64,000 bases of DNA from Chiloscyllium plagiosum (taxonomy: Eukaryota): contig NC_057751.1 in NCBI RefSeq assembly GCF_004010195.1, positions 4,018,961 through 4,082,960 on the forward strand, read 5' to 3'. Positions 10,150-21,767 of this stretch are shown in pieces; the first letter of the stretch is position 1; every line of letters starts with the position of its first letter. The position numbers were made by a program, and so were the translations under genes. The notes beneath the pieces are model-generated. The model saw only the letters and a program-made list of their open reading frames with translations, did not search any database and was not told the DNA's origin.

Positions 10150-13100
10150 CCTCTGTGGGTAAAGTTTACTCAGAAAGAACAACTCAGGAGAAGGACAAGT
10201 AGTTTTAATTTTGAGAGATAAAGGAACTAACCAGTCACTGATACTAAGGGATGAGTGAATATGCACTCTTTCTGGTCTGTTACCCCAGTGTGTGGTAATT
10301 TGTGGGATGGATGGACAGAAATTTAGCATTCCCCTATGTAAAATCAGGTTGGAGTGCCAACTTAAGACTGGGGAAGTTACAGTGGGAGTGACTGACAGAG
10401 TGTCAGTTTGTTCTTGGGAATGATTTGGCAGGATCCAAGGTGGGAGGGACACCCCTTGTTGTGGAGAGGCTCAAGGAAGACCAAGAGGCTGAAGAATTAA
10501 AACATAAATATCCTGATATTTTCCCAGACTGTGGTAGCCAGATCCCACTTTCCTAAGTCACTGCACCAAGTGAAAAGTAAAGAGAAAGATGAAGGAGTTG
10601 AGGTTCAGTTAGCGGATACCCTGTTTGACATAATGATGCAGGAAAAACTTGAACAGGCAGAGGGTTAGACAGAAGTGTTTAGTCCTGAAAGACTAAAAGA
10701 CTTGCAACAGCAAGACACGATGATAAAAGATACATGTGCAGATGCGTAATCTGAAAAAGAGACAGAGAATATTCCAGAGGGTTATTATCTGAAAGATAGA
10801 ATCCTAAGACAGAAATGGAGTCCACGGCAGGTTAGTGCAGAAGAGAAATGGGCCGAAGTGCACCACATTGTGTTGCTGGTAGCATATTGACAGCAGGTGT
10901 TATGGGTAGCACATGAACTACTTGTAGGAGGTCACCTTGGGGTGTGTAAGACTCAGACTAAAAAGGTACAAAAGCATTTTTTATTGGTCTGGAATGCACC
11001 AGGATGTGGTTAACGTTTGCTGTACGTGTCATACATGCCAAATGGTAGGTAAGCCACGGGTGGTAATAAACCAGCACCTTTGTTGCCAATCCCCGCATTT
11101 GAAGAACCTTTCATGCGGGTTATAATTGATTGTGTAGGTCTCCTCCCAAGAACTAAAAGTGGGAACCAGTACTTGTTCACCATAATGGATGTGTCTACCA
11201 AATTTCTGGAGGCAATTCCATTACGGAATATCAAGGCAAAAAAGGTGGTAGAGCAATTAGTAGCTTTCTTAACATGGTGAGGGCTACACAAAAAGATTCA
11301 GTTGGACTAAGGGTCAAATTTTACTGTTAGGCTGTTTGAGGTGGTTATGGATAGCTTAAGTATACAGCACTTTAAATCCAGTGCATATCATCCTGAATCC
11401 CAGGGAGCTTTAGAAAGGTGGCATCAGACCTTGAAGACCATGTTGACAGCATACTGTCAGGACTACCTGAATGATTGGGATAAAGGTATCCCATTCATAT
11501 TGTTTGTCATTAGAGATGCCCCAAATGAATCTACTCAATTCACTCCCTTCGAGTTAATATTCAGTTATGAAGTGAGAGGCCCTTTGAAATTAATTAAAGA
11601 AAAATTGACAGGACCAAAGTCGGAGATCTCACACTTGGATTATGTATTGGAGGTGAGGGAGAGACTAAATCAAAAAGGTGAGTTATCTAAACAGCACCTA
11701 AAGAAGGCGTAGTATGAAATGAAGCAAGTGATAGTAGATGCGTTCAAAGCCAGGTTTAGTGGTCCTTATCAAAATGACAAAAAGTTGAGTCAGGTGAGCT
11801 CTCTAGTCAAGATGCCAGTTAGGGAAAAAAAAGGTATCGGGTATGTCACATGAACATGTTGAAACCATGTTACACTGGAGAGAAAGAACTGGAGAAACAG
11901 GTGTTAGTTCCTGCCCCACAGAGTGAGGAATCAAATCCAGATGATGTGGATTTTGAGGTGTCTCAAAATAGATTAAAACATGAAGTCCTTGAGGAGCAGG
12001 ATAGGTTAGTAAGCTATGTGTCTCAGAAGCATTGAACGCAATTGAAAGATTTGCTACTGCAGTATAAAGACATATGTAAGAATCAGATGAGGAGGACTAA
12101 TGCTATTGTACATAAAGTAGACGTACGGAATACTATTCTGATAAAGCAACACCCCGATCAGCTCAATCCTTTCAAAGCCAGACAGGTCCAGATGGAGGTG
12201 GAGGCCATGCTCGACGAAGACCTCATCGAACCAAGCCGGAGTGAGTGGAGTTCGCCAAAAGACTTAGTTCCAAAACTGGACAGGATTCAATGATTCTGCA
12301 TGGACTATATGAGGGTCAACGCTTTTATAAAATCGGACTTGTATGCAAATCCTACGTTGGAGGACTGTATTGATAAAGTCAGAGAAGCCAGTTATATCAC
12401 TAAATTGGACTTTATACGTGGTTACTGGCAAGTACTTTTATCAGAGACAGCGAAAGGAATTTTTGCATTTGCAACCCCAAATGGGCTATATCAGTTTAAA
12501 GTGATGCCCTTTGAAATGCAGAACATACCCATCACATGCCAAAGACCCCTGAACAGAGTTGAGGCTGGTTTAACAAACTGTGCAGTCTATTTAGACAATG
12601 TAGTGACCTTTAAGTCCTGGAAACATCACATGGTACAGGTGGCAGAGCTCTTTGAACAACCTCAAGAAGAAAAACTGGTGATAATCTTAAATAAAACTGA
12701 ATTCGTGAAAGCAGACGTGATGTTCTCGGGACATAACATCGGTCATGGAAAGTTGACCCCACGGAATGCAAAGACGAAGGCCATCAAGGAATTTCCACGA
12801 CCAACCTCGAAGAAAGAGGTGCTGCGATTCTTAGGACTCAGTGAATTCTCAGTTTCGGTGGACAGAACCATGCCAAGAGGCATTCGATCATTTAAAAGCC
12901 ATTTTAACCACCAAACATTTCAGTCTTTTAAAGTCGCTATCGATGCTAGTGACACAGGAATTGGAGCTGTACTCCTACAGGAAGATAAGGATGGGATTGA
13001 ACTGCCAGTTGGTTACATTTCAAAGAAGATCAACATCCATCAAATGAAATACTCCATCATCGAAAAAGAAATATTGAGTTTGGTACTGGCCTGACAACAT

Positions 13101-13300
13101 TTTATTGTGTATATCATGAACAATGTGCTGGAGAAGTTTGTGTACGTGGATCACAATCCGCTAACATTCTTAGAATGCTTTAAAGACAAGAATGAGACTA
13201 TTTCGTTGGAGTCTTATGTATGATTTTTAAACTTAAAAGTCTGTAACATGTTGCGGAACTAAAAAAATATAATCGCAGATGCGTTATCGCAGATTTAACC
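10150..13300 (+). pseudogene. pol: Gypsy pol remnant: protease (~10200), integrase (~10900-11710), RT (~12040-12840), RNase H (~12925-13300)
   Basis: ILRDKGTNQSL (DTG-like); H..GHLG..CHTC zinc domain; IDCVG and HPESQGALERWHQTLK (integrase core); KLDFIRGYWQV, GLYQFKVMPF and YLDN (RT); DASDTGIGAVLLQ and YSIIEKE (RNase H). Confidence 0.92.
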
Positions 13301-13471
13301 AATAAAGTTTAGATGAGATTTGTATTTATTTAATGCTATATGCATATATACAGGTGTATGCAAAGAAGTTAAGGTGAACTTATGTTAACGTTATCTGCAT
13401 ATTAGGGTAAAGTGTTTAAAAATAGAAAAAAAAATGAAGCCACCTCTCCATTACAATGGTTCTTTTTTCTT

Positions 13472-13482
13472 AAGGGGGGAGG
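13472..13482 (+). promoter_or_regulatory. Polypurine tract
   Basis: aaggggggagg immediately before the TG of the 3' LTR. Confidence 0.9.
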
Positions 13483-14162
13483 TGTTATGAACATGTGGGT
13501 GCACTGTACCTTTAAAAAAGTTAAACGCTGACTACACCAAGTGTTCTGAATAAGGTAACAATGTAACACTTGGGCGAAAACTAGATTAGCTGGGTTGCCT
13601 GGAAACAACAACACTGATTCAAATTAGGGCAATCAGTTAAATTATTCCCTGAAAAATACCAAATTCCAATCAAGTTTGAATTTAGTATATTGACCATGTT
13701 AAAAGCCAAAGACACAATCCAATGCTTTGGGGGAATAAGACCGGGGAAAACCGAATAGTTGGGAGGAGAACGCCAAACCAACCACACCTGCAGACTGCAC
13801 GAAGAATAGCTCTCTTAAAGGTACCTTTATCGATCCATGACCTGTGAGGCAGCAATCCCTAAGAAGCAGAAAAGAAGATTTAACATCTGGCAAGCTTTTT
13901 TTTGAAAGTTGAATTTTGGCAAATCTTAATTGGGGGTTTTAATCAGACTAGTGTTATAGATGGGAAGGTAAAAGATAGGTTCGAGGAAGGAGTTATAAAT
14001 AATTCTTGGTTAATTATTCTGTTATACTTGAAGAAATAAAAGTTGCTAATTCCTACTTCAAATAGTTCTTGGCCTCTCGAATTTTCACAGATTACTGCAA
14101 GGAATAAATCTTTTGTGTTGCTGGTTTAAATTAAGCAGGAGGGTTTACCCCGTGTTGTTACA
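13483..14162 (+). repeat. 3' LTR (~680 bp)
   Basis: TGTTA...TTACA termini; homologous to the 5' LTR and to the solo LTR at 28274-28980. Confidence 0.93.
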
Positions 14163-14510
14163 CCATCTCAAAGTTTATAAAACCATGAGGGCCATGTAAA
14201 GAGTGAAGAACCAGGGTAAGGGGGCTCAAAACTAGAGGGCAGAGGTTTAAGGGGAAAGGGGAAAGATTTAAAATGAACCTGATGGGCCAACTTTTTCATG
14301 CAGAAGGTGGAGTGTGTATGGAATGCGCTACCAGAGGAATTGGTGGAGGCTGGTACAATTACAACATTTAAAAGGCATCTGAATAGGAAGGGTTTAAGAT
14401 AGATATAGGCCAAATGCCGCCAAATGACGAGATCATTTTGGGACATCGGGTCGGCATGGAGGAATTGGATCAAAGGGTCTGTTTCCATCCTGTATAATTC
14501 AGTGACTGTG
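14163..14510 (+). mobile_element. CR1-like LINE 3' end (continuation of the 5235-6312 copy)
   Basis: Resumes at 'aaagtttataaaaccatgaggg' where the left part stopped; ends 'gggtctgtttccatcctgtata'. Confidence 0.9.
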
Positions 14511-16724
14511 ATTAAAATGTGTCAGTGATAGAGTAGCCAGATCAAGATGTGATGTCACCCAAACAGGGCAGGTGGGATGAGCTCAATTTGGGAACATGGT
14601 CAGCGCGGATGAGTTGGATCAAAGGATCTGTTTCCAAGCTGTATAACTCCATGACTTCATAATAACATGCTGACCATCTGTGCAAGATATATGGCAAAAT
14701 AGCTTCATTTACAAGTAGGGCACCATCATTTCTCAGCCATATTTCCATCAAAGCCATAATATCAATCAAATCACCCAGAATAAAAGCACAGACATCAAGG
14801 GCTTCATTTATAAGCGAACAATAACCATGAAAAGGAATGGGGAGGCAACAGTAAAAACTCATCCACTGGCTACAATGACAGGTTCACCGCTGTCAGGGAC
14901 GAATTACATGGGGTGGGGGGGAATTGAGAAGAATAGCCTCCAATAGCTGCATTGGTACAAAAGTGAAGAGAGAGTAAACTGGAGTAAATAGGGTTCCTGT
15001 TCATTCAGAAGCATCCAGCCCTTCCAAAGATAACACGTACAGCAGGGAGCTGTCAGCTGATCTTGATGGGAGTCATGCTTGATGTGGCAACATAAGATTA
15101 GGAGGGTCTAAGAATACTGTATGGTTGGGGAATGAGTATATGAGACAGCATTCCCAAGAGAGAAGAAATGCAAACGCATACAATAATAAAGAAGGAAGGA
15201 TGAAGAGAAAAAAAAAGTTCAAATAGAAGTGATGATTTGGGGTCCAGTGCCAAAGTGCAAGTGTACACAAATACCTTGCCTTCCATAAATGCTTCAGGGT
15301 CCTACAGACTGATCAAGAGGATGTGAAGTGCAAACAAATTGTTCGCTGGGCCGTCTTCGGCTCTGTCAGTAACAGCATTAAATTAATTTTTGAAGAACCC
15401 ATTGTCATCATGTTTGACCACTTAGAAAAACTGGCTTCAAGTGGCAGTGGCAGGAAGAACATGGCTCCTCCCAGCGATCAATGAGAGATCTGCAGGCTGA
15501 CTGAGACTCCAGGCCATGGCTGGGCCAAATGCCTGCATGGGTGGTTCCAAAACCCTTTATTGAGGTAAAGCTTAGACTTTCAGATCTGGATGCTTTTCCT
15601 AACGTTCAACTTTCTTTTATTTCAGTTTTTTTTTTAAATTCTAGTTTTGTAACCAAGATGGCACCAAAGAATAGCAACTTGGTACACTTTTCACTGTACT
15701 CATGTATTCCGAAGTTTACAACTCACGGGCTCAGTACATTGATAACAAAATTTAAGATGCGTTACCGCCTTCCTGATTTTCAAGTGCCAATCTTTGCAGC
15801 TGGAAAATGCCAATTTTCAGACAAACTAAAAGCAATTTCCTTAATAACACTCCTTCAGAAGAGAGAGATCATCGAGATGGCCACAAGAAGGTATTATCAC
15901 ACTTCGAAACTGAAAACCTCAACCTGAGCTACAAACCTTCACAAACCTTGCAACAACTTCCAGGGTCTTGACATCTGGATCAGATCTGAACTGTGCGCAT
16001 GAGAAGAAATTCATGGACCCGAATGAAATTATGACTGCTTTGTACGTAAATATCACTAGCACCTTCAGAGTTGTCCATGTCAGGGAAATAGCAGCAGTGT
16101 TTTGACAATCAGCAAATGGCAACACAATGGCCAAAGCTCAGGCAATTTGGTTCACACAAAACAAACAGCAACAAACTGGAACTATTTGTATTTCTCTGGC
16201 AATATTCTCCAGTGTTTCACTTGGAGCTTTCCCCGACAAAACTTGAGACAGGGGCATACTCGGGTAATATTTGTCAAAAGATCAGTTTTAAAGGAATTAA
16301 ATTGCACTGAAGAGGATACATACTGGACTCAAGAGTTAATTCTATTTCTGTCTCCACAGATGCTGCCAGATCCCATGTGTTTTGATTTCAGGTTTCAAGC
16401 ATCTGCAGTATTTTCTTGTATTTCAGTCTCATTGGATGCCTTCAGGTACGAACAAGAATTGCAAACATTTCGGTTGGTGGTGGTGGTTGAAGCAGGGAGG
16501 TAGAATTTTGGATCTTCAGATGGTTCAGTTGTTTTCTTCAGGATGAGACTTTAAAAATTCAGAATATCCAAGCTGGAGGAAAAAATCTCACTGCATGAAC
16601 ATATGTTCTCCCAACATCTTCGACCATACCCAGCCTTCAACCGACATAACTAAAAAAAACTCTCTGTTCATAATCAGGGTGTTACGTGCACAAACCGGCT
16701 GCGCTGTTTCCCACAAGCAGCCAA

Positions 16725-17202
16725 GGGCGGCACGGTGTCTCAGTGGTTGGCACTGCGGCCTCACAGCACCAGGGATCTGGGTTAGATTCCAGCCTTGGGT
16801 AACTGTCTGTGGGGAGCTTGCACATTCTCCCCATGTCTGCGGTGCTCCGGTTTCCTCCCACAGTCCAAAGATGTGCAGGTTAGGTAAAAACAATGACTGC
16901 AGATGTTGGAAACCAGAGTCTAGATTAGAGTGGTGCTGGAAAAGCACAGCAGTTCAGACAGCATCCGAGGAGCAGGATAATCGACGTTTCGGGCAAAAGC
17001 CCTTACTCAGGAATACAGGCAGAGAGCCTAAAGGGTGGAGGTTAGGTGAACTAGCCATGCGAAATTGCCCATAATGTTTGGTGCATTAGTCAGGGTAAAT
17101 GTTGGGGAATGGGTCTGGGTGGGTTGCTCTTCCGAGGGTCAGTGTGGACTTGTTGGGCCGATGGGCCTGTTTCCACACTGTATGGAATCTAAACTAATCT
17201 AA
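16725..17202 (+). mobile_element. tRNA-derived SINE (HE1-like) with an internal Penelope-terminus insertion (16886-17039)
   Basis: A-box/B-box-like head 'ggcacggtgtctcagtggttggcact...gggttagattcc', CR1-like tail, aatct repeats. Insertion flanked by an 8-bp TSD ggttaggt (16878-16885 / 17040-17047). Confidence 0.85.
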
Positions 17203-17384
17203 TCACTCAGGTCATCTGCAGGTTGAGAAAGGCTGTGCAAATGCAGATCTATCTTTTTTCTTGACCATTTTTCAGTTGTCTGGATGCTCTGCTGCCAGGA
17301 AAGGTTTGCCAACAGTGCGTGTGCCACAGCCGACCAGGAATATCTGATCTGGAATAAACTCTCCCTCATGTTGATCGTTCATGA

Positions 17385-17635
17385 TATCCCAACAGTTTGG
17401 AATCAGGCCATTCAGCCCACACCATCCCACCCAGACCCATTCTCCCACCCTGGATGTCTCACGACTGACCCACTTAGCCTGCACACCCCTGAACACTATT
17501 GGCAGTTTAGCACATCTTTGAGATTGTGGGAAGGAACCCAAGCAGAGAAAGTGCAAACTCCGCGCAGACAGCCGGCCCGAGGATGGAATCGAACCCAGGT
17601 CCCTGGAGCTGTGAGGCAGCAGCGCTCACCACCGA
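17385..17635 (-). mobile_element. tRNA-derived SINE (HE1-like)
   Basis: Reverse complement of the 16725 family; B-box 'gggttcgattcc' on the minus strand. Confidence 0.8.
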
Positions 17636-18350
17636 ACGGTCAACCCATACACAACTCCATCTGCTGAGCGGTGCGTCAATTTCAACGTCCAAGTATGAAA
17701 AGTAAGACAAAAACGCCGACGGCAGCTCATGTCATTCCATCCCAAAGGCAGCGACAGACCAAGAGTGGACACGAAGCAAACGCTGTTTTTATTTTAAAGC
17801 ACAAGCTGCGAGTGCAGAAAGATACAAAACTTGCCGCGAAGCAATTCCACCTGTCTCCCACTGCGCCCCGAACAAAAACGTGCGAATTATAACGATGTGC
17901 ACTAATACTACAACAACAACTCGCTCCAAACACGCATAAAAGTTGAGTGAGGGGGGGGTGGAGTCGAAATTGTGGTTTGAATATTAAACTCCTTCTCCGC
18001 ATCACCCCCGCCGTGAAAATAACTACAGTTTACCTCATGATTTGCCCAGTACAGTTCAGTAAAACAAAAAGAGATCACCTGCTGGATTATTGCCGCGATT
18101 TTGCAACTTCGTGAGAGCAATGTCCCCGCTCGCTCGACGCCGCCCAAAAGCGAGAAACTGCCGCACGCGCCGCCCAACCGCCAGCGGTCATGGACAGGTC
18201 CCGCCCCCTCCCCCCGCCTCGAACCCCGGCCATCCTATTGGTGAAGCGGTCTGTAGGAGTGGGAGCCGATTGGCTGCCAGCGATGTCCATCACCGTGAGT
18301 CGGGCACGCCCTTGGCCGCGCCCACCGGTTTTCCCGCCCCACCCCCCCCC
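17620..18350. promoter_or_regulatory. CpG-island promoter with two CCAAT boxes, GC boxes and an E2F site
   Basis: The main CpG-dense non-repeat stretch of the window. ATTGG at 18237-18241 and 18269-18273, CCGCCC boxes, TTTCCCGC at 18330-18337. Minus-strand donors at 18079/18078 (CAG|gtgatc) and 18034/18033 (GAG|gtaaac). Confidence 0.8.
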
Positions 18351-18675
18351 CTTCTCCCCAATGGAGCATGGTGTTGGGTGATGTGGTGTTCTGCATTGCA
18401 CTTCTTTGGATGGCCTCCAGCCCATGCATGAAATTTAAGTCGTCGCAACCTACTTGGGCCTGTCCCCCCCACCTCCCTTTCCACCCAGTCAGGAGACATA
18501 ACCAGCTACCCTTCTCCCCAATGGAGCATGGTGTTGGGTGATGTGGTGTTCTGCATTGCACTTCTCAGGCCTTTGGATGGCCTCCAGCCCATGCGTGAAA
18601 TTTAAGTCGTCGCAACCTACTTGGGCCTGTCCCCCCCACCTCCCTTTCCACCCAGTCAGGAGACATAACCAGCTA
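18349..18675 (+). repeat. Near-identical tandem duplication (160 + 167 bp)
   Basis: 18349-18508 is repeated as 18509-18675; copy 2 has a 7-nt insertion (tcaggcc) and an a/g difference. Confidence 0.95.
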
Positions 18676-19904
18676 ACTGTAAGCGAATATATTTTGTCTC
18701 TGGAAAGGTTTGTGGGTTCTCTCAGTGTCCTGAGAAGGAGGCACCACAAAGAGCCTGAGAAGTTTCTGGGTGAGACTCCCCCAGCAAGATCAACGTACCC
18801 CCAACAAATAAGTGAAAGAAAGCATCAGACGGAGAGGGAAAGTGCCAGCATTACAAATCCCTGGCCAGCAGTTTGCCCAAAACTCAACATCTTCCAGTAT
18901 CACATACTTTACCGAACAACTTTCTGGGCATAGATCAGCTTGATCAGTCATTTCCAATTGCTCAGAGGTTCCTAAGGGGTGTGTGCAAGGCCCAGTCGTC
19001 CACGGTTGCTACCTCAGTGACCTTCCATTATAAGATCAGAAGTGGATTTTCACTGATGACGGCACTATGATTGGCACCATTCACAGATACTGAAGCAGTC
19101 TACATGCACTAAGACCAAGACAGCAACAATTGGGTTGAAAAATGGCAAGTCACATTCACACCACACAAATGTGTGGCAATAGCCATCTCAAGAGAAAAAC
19201 TAGAGATCCTCACCATCTCCCCTTCACTCTTCATGGCATTAACATCAGTAAATTCTCCTCTGTTGGCATTCTGTGGTTTACCCTTTACCAGGTGTCTTTT
19301 TTTTCAATTCAATCATTGAATGTGCATTTTGCTGGCTGAATCAACATTTATTGCCCATCCCTAGATGACACTGAGAAGATGATGGTAAGCTGCCCTCTGG
19401 TACTGTTGCAGTCCTTTGTTCCTCACTATCCTGAGGCACTTTGTACAGTGTTGTCCTGGAGCTGAGGTGATTGATCTTCAACAAACACAACATCTTCATT
19501 GTGCTAGATACGACTCCAACTAGCAAAGATATTTTGCTCCAAATTCTGCTTGGACATCTTGATACTACACTTGATCAAATGCAACCTTGATGTCAAAGGA
19601 AGTCACTTACTTCTCCTCTTTTGTCCAAGTTAGAACCAAGGATATTATGAGTTAGGAAGCTGTGTGGAGTGCAGAACACAAACTGAACATCAGTCAGTGA
19701 ACAATCTATAATCAACAGCCAGACAAATCCTGTGGCTTCTAAACCAGACCAGAGGCTAGGAACTCTTTGCCAAGTAATTCACCTGTCTGCCCGTTGCTTG
19801 TTCACCATTTAGAAGACACAAGTCAGGATGTCATGAACTCCTGTCCAATTGCAGAGATAAGTACAACTCCAATAATGCTCAGGGAACTCAATACAAACCT
19901 TCAT

Positions 19905-20495
19905 CAAGATAGTCATCCAAATGGCGGCATAGTAGGGCTCCTGAGCTGGGGCTCGTCCAGTTTAACAGCTTTTCTTTTTACTTACCTTTTGTCTTGACTT
20001 TGGATGGCATCAGCAGCAACGAGGAGCCCTAGCATAGACTCAAGAGGGCCCAGGACAGACTTGAGTGGGCCTAGCACAGACTCGTGGTGAAGCCAAGTGA
20101 GCCCAGTGCAATTCTCACAGTAGCAACGAGTGAGACCCTACTTATTTTTCTGGAGTGAGCACAGGGTTTCACATTAGAATTGGCGTTTGCTACATTGGCA
20201 GAGGCAATGTCGGCAATTAGACCCAGTGGTGAAAAATGGCGCCTGAAGAGTGTCGATTTCAATATTGGTTGGTTCGAATGTAGATGGCAGCAAGGCAATG
20301 GACGAGGATTAGTTGCATTGGCATTGTTGATGATGAGCTGGCTCAGGACTGATGGATTCTCTGTGAGCTATCATCTTTATTTCTTATTCTTAAAACTATT
20401 CAAAATGGCGCTGGATGACAGCAACATTGGAAAAGCTTTACAGTGTATTTTACTGTTCTCACTGTAAAATACAGATGACAATAAAATCATTCGCT
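19905..20495 (+). repeat. Unclassified GC-rich interspersed repeat, related to 15480-15750 and 27130-27780
   Basis: Shared 3' architecture: 'aa(g/a)atggc...ttt(t/a)ca(c/g)tgta...gacaataaa'. Confidence 0.45.
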
Positions 20496-21447
20496 CACAA
20501 GACAAATCAGGACAAAATGGCCAGCTTAATCAGCACTCTGTCATGACTTTCAACATTTAATCCCTCCAGCAACAACACATAGTGGCATCAGTGTGTGGCA
20601 TGTAAAATATACACTGCAACAATTCACCAAGGTTCCTTCAAAAGCAACAGCATCCACAAAGATCATCAATGAATTTCCAGACTGCATTTCCATAAAGAGC
20701 TGAAATGAGACAGGAAGTAATTTTTGTGGCGATAGACAGTCTTGGGGGTCATGGTGCTGGTTGCAGGGAATGGATGGTGGATGGGGGAGTTGAAGACACA
20801 GCTCATGAGAGTAGTTTAAAGCAGCAAGTGACTGCTTCCCATCAATGCCCCCTCTCAGATTGGCAAAATGGAGACCTTAACATCTCCCAAACCCAGGAGG
20901 CACATTGCCCTGGTTTCCCTGCCAAGAAACAGCCACTTCTTTTGTTTGCTTGCTGCAAGGAAACAGGTCAGTGGGGGGTTGAATCCCTTAAGCCTTTAAT
21001 TGGAGGCAGGTCAAGAAAGACCTTGTCACTGAGAACCTATTTGTTGAGGTGGCAAGAAGGGATCCAAATATGTGTCCTTCTCATCACGTTACGTGCCATC
21101 TCCAGGAAGGGGATATTCGCGCCATTCCTGACTGTCCTTCACTGTTTCTGTGTCAAAATCCTGGAACTCTCTCTCTATCAGCACCATAGGTGTACCTGCA
21201 CTCCCAAATACTGAATTCAAGAGGCAGATCACCACCAGCTTCTCCAGGACAATTAGCAATGAACAATAAATACTGCATAGCCAACAATGTCCCCATCTCA
21301 TAGACAAATAATAAAAGAAAAATTCTGGGCAAAGGAGTGGATTTTTCACTGAAATATAGTGTTGAAATTCTGGAGGTGGGTAGTACAAGGGACACACAAA
21401 TTAACACATTCCTAAGCCTGAACTGTATCAGTTACAGAAAAAAACGT

Positions 21448-21767
21448 GCTGTGTTGCGGCTGTACAGGACATTGGTTCGGCCACTGTTGGAATATTGCGT
21501 CCAATTCTGGCCTCCTTCCTATCGGAAAGATGTTGTGAAACTTGAAAGGGTTCAGAAATGATTTACAAGGATGTTGCCAGGGTTGGATGATTTGAGCTAT
21601 AGGGAGAGGCTGAACAGGCTGGGGCTGTTTTCCCTGGAGTGTCGGAGGCTGAGGGGTGACCTTATAGAGGTTTACAAAATTCTAGATTGGGTTGGGATAT
21701 CTGGTCGGCATGGATGGGTTGGACCGAAGGGTCTGTTTCCATGATGCACATCTCTATGACTCTATGA
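21448..21767 (+). mobile_element. CR1-like LINE 3' fragment with internal deletion
   Basis: LRLYRTLVRPLLEYCVQFW; jumps from 'gtttacaaaat' to 'ctagattgggttggg'; ends in ctctatga repeats. Confidence 0.92.

Larger units (their letters stand above)
6313..14162 (+). mobile_element. Full-length but decayed Ty3/gypsy LTR retrotransposon, Gmr1-like (PR-IN-RT-RH order)
   Basis: Two homologous LTRs, PBS, PPT, remnants of gag/PR/IN/RT/RH with many stops and frameshifts. 4-bp TSD ctat (6309-6312) / ccat (14163-14166). Confidence 0.95.

Noticed and set aside
15275..15301. 27-nt minus-strand micro-exon (DPEAFMEGK)
   Set aside because: Only moderate splice signals and no independent support.
16725..16795. 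tRNA-like sequence
   Set aside because: It is a SINE head continuing into SINE body; no intact cloverleaf.
18087..18933. Overlapping GC-rich ORFs
   Set aside because: Expected by-product of CpG-island composition and the tandem duplication.
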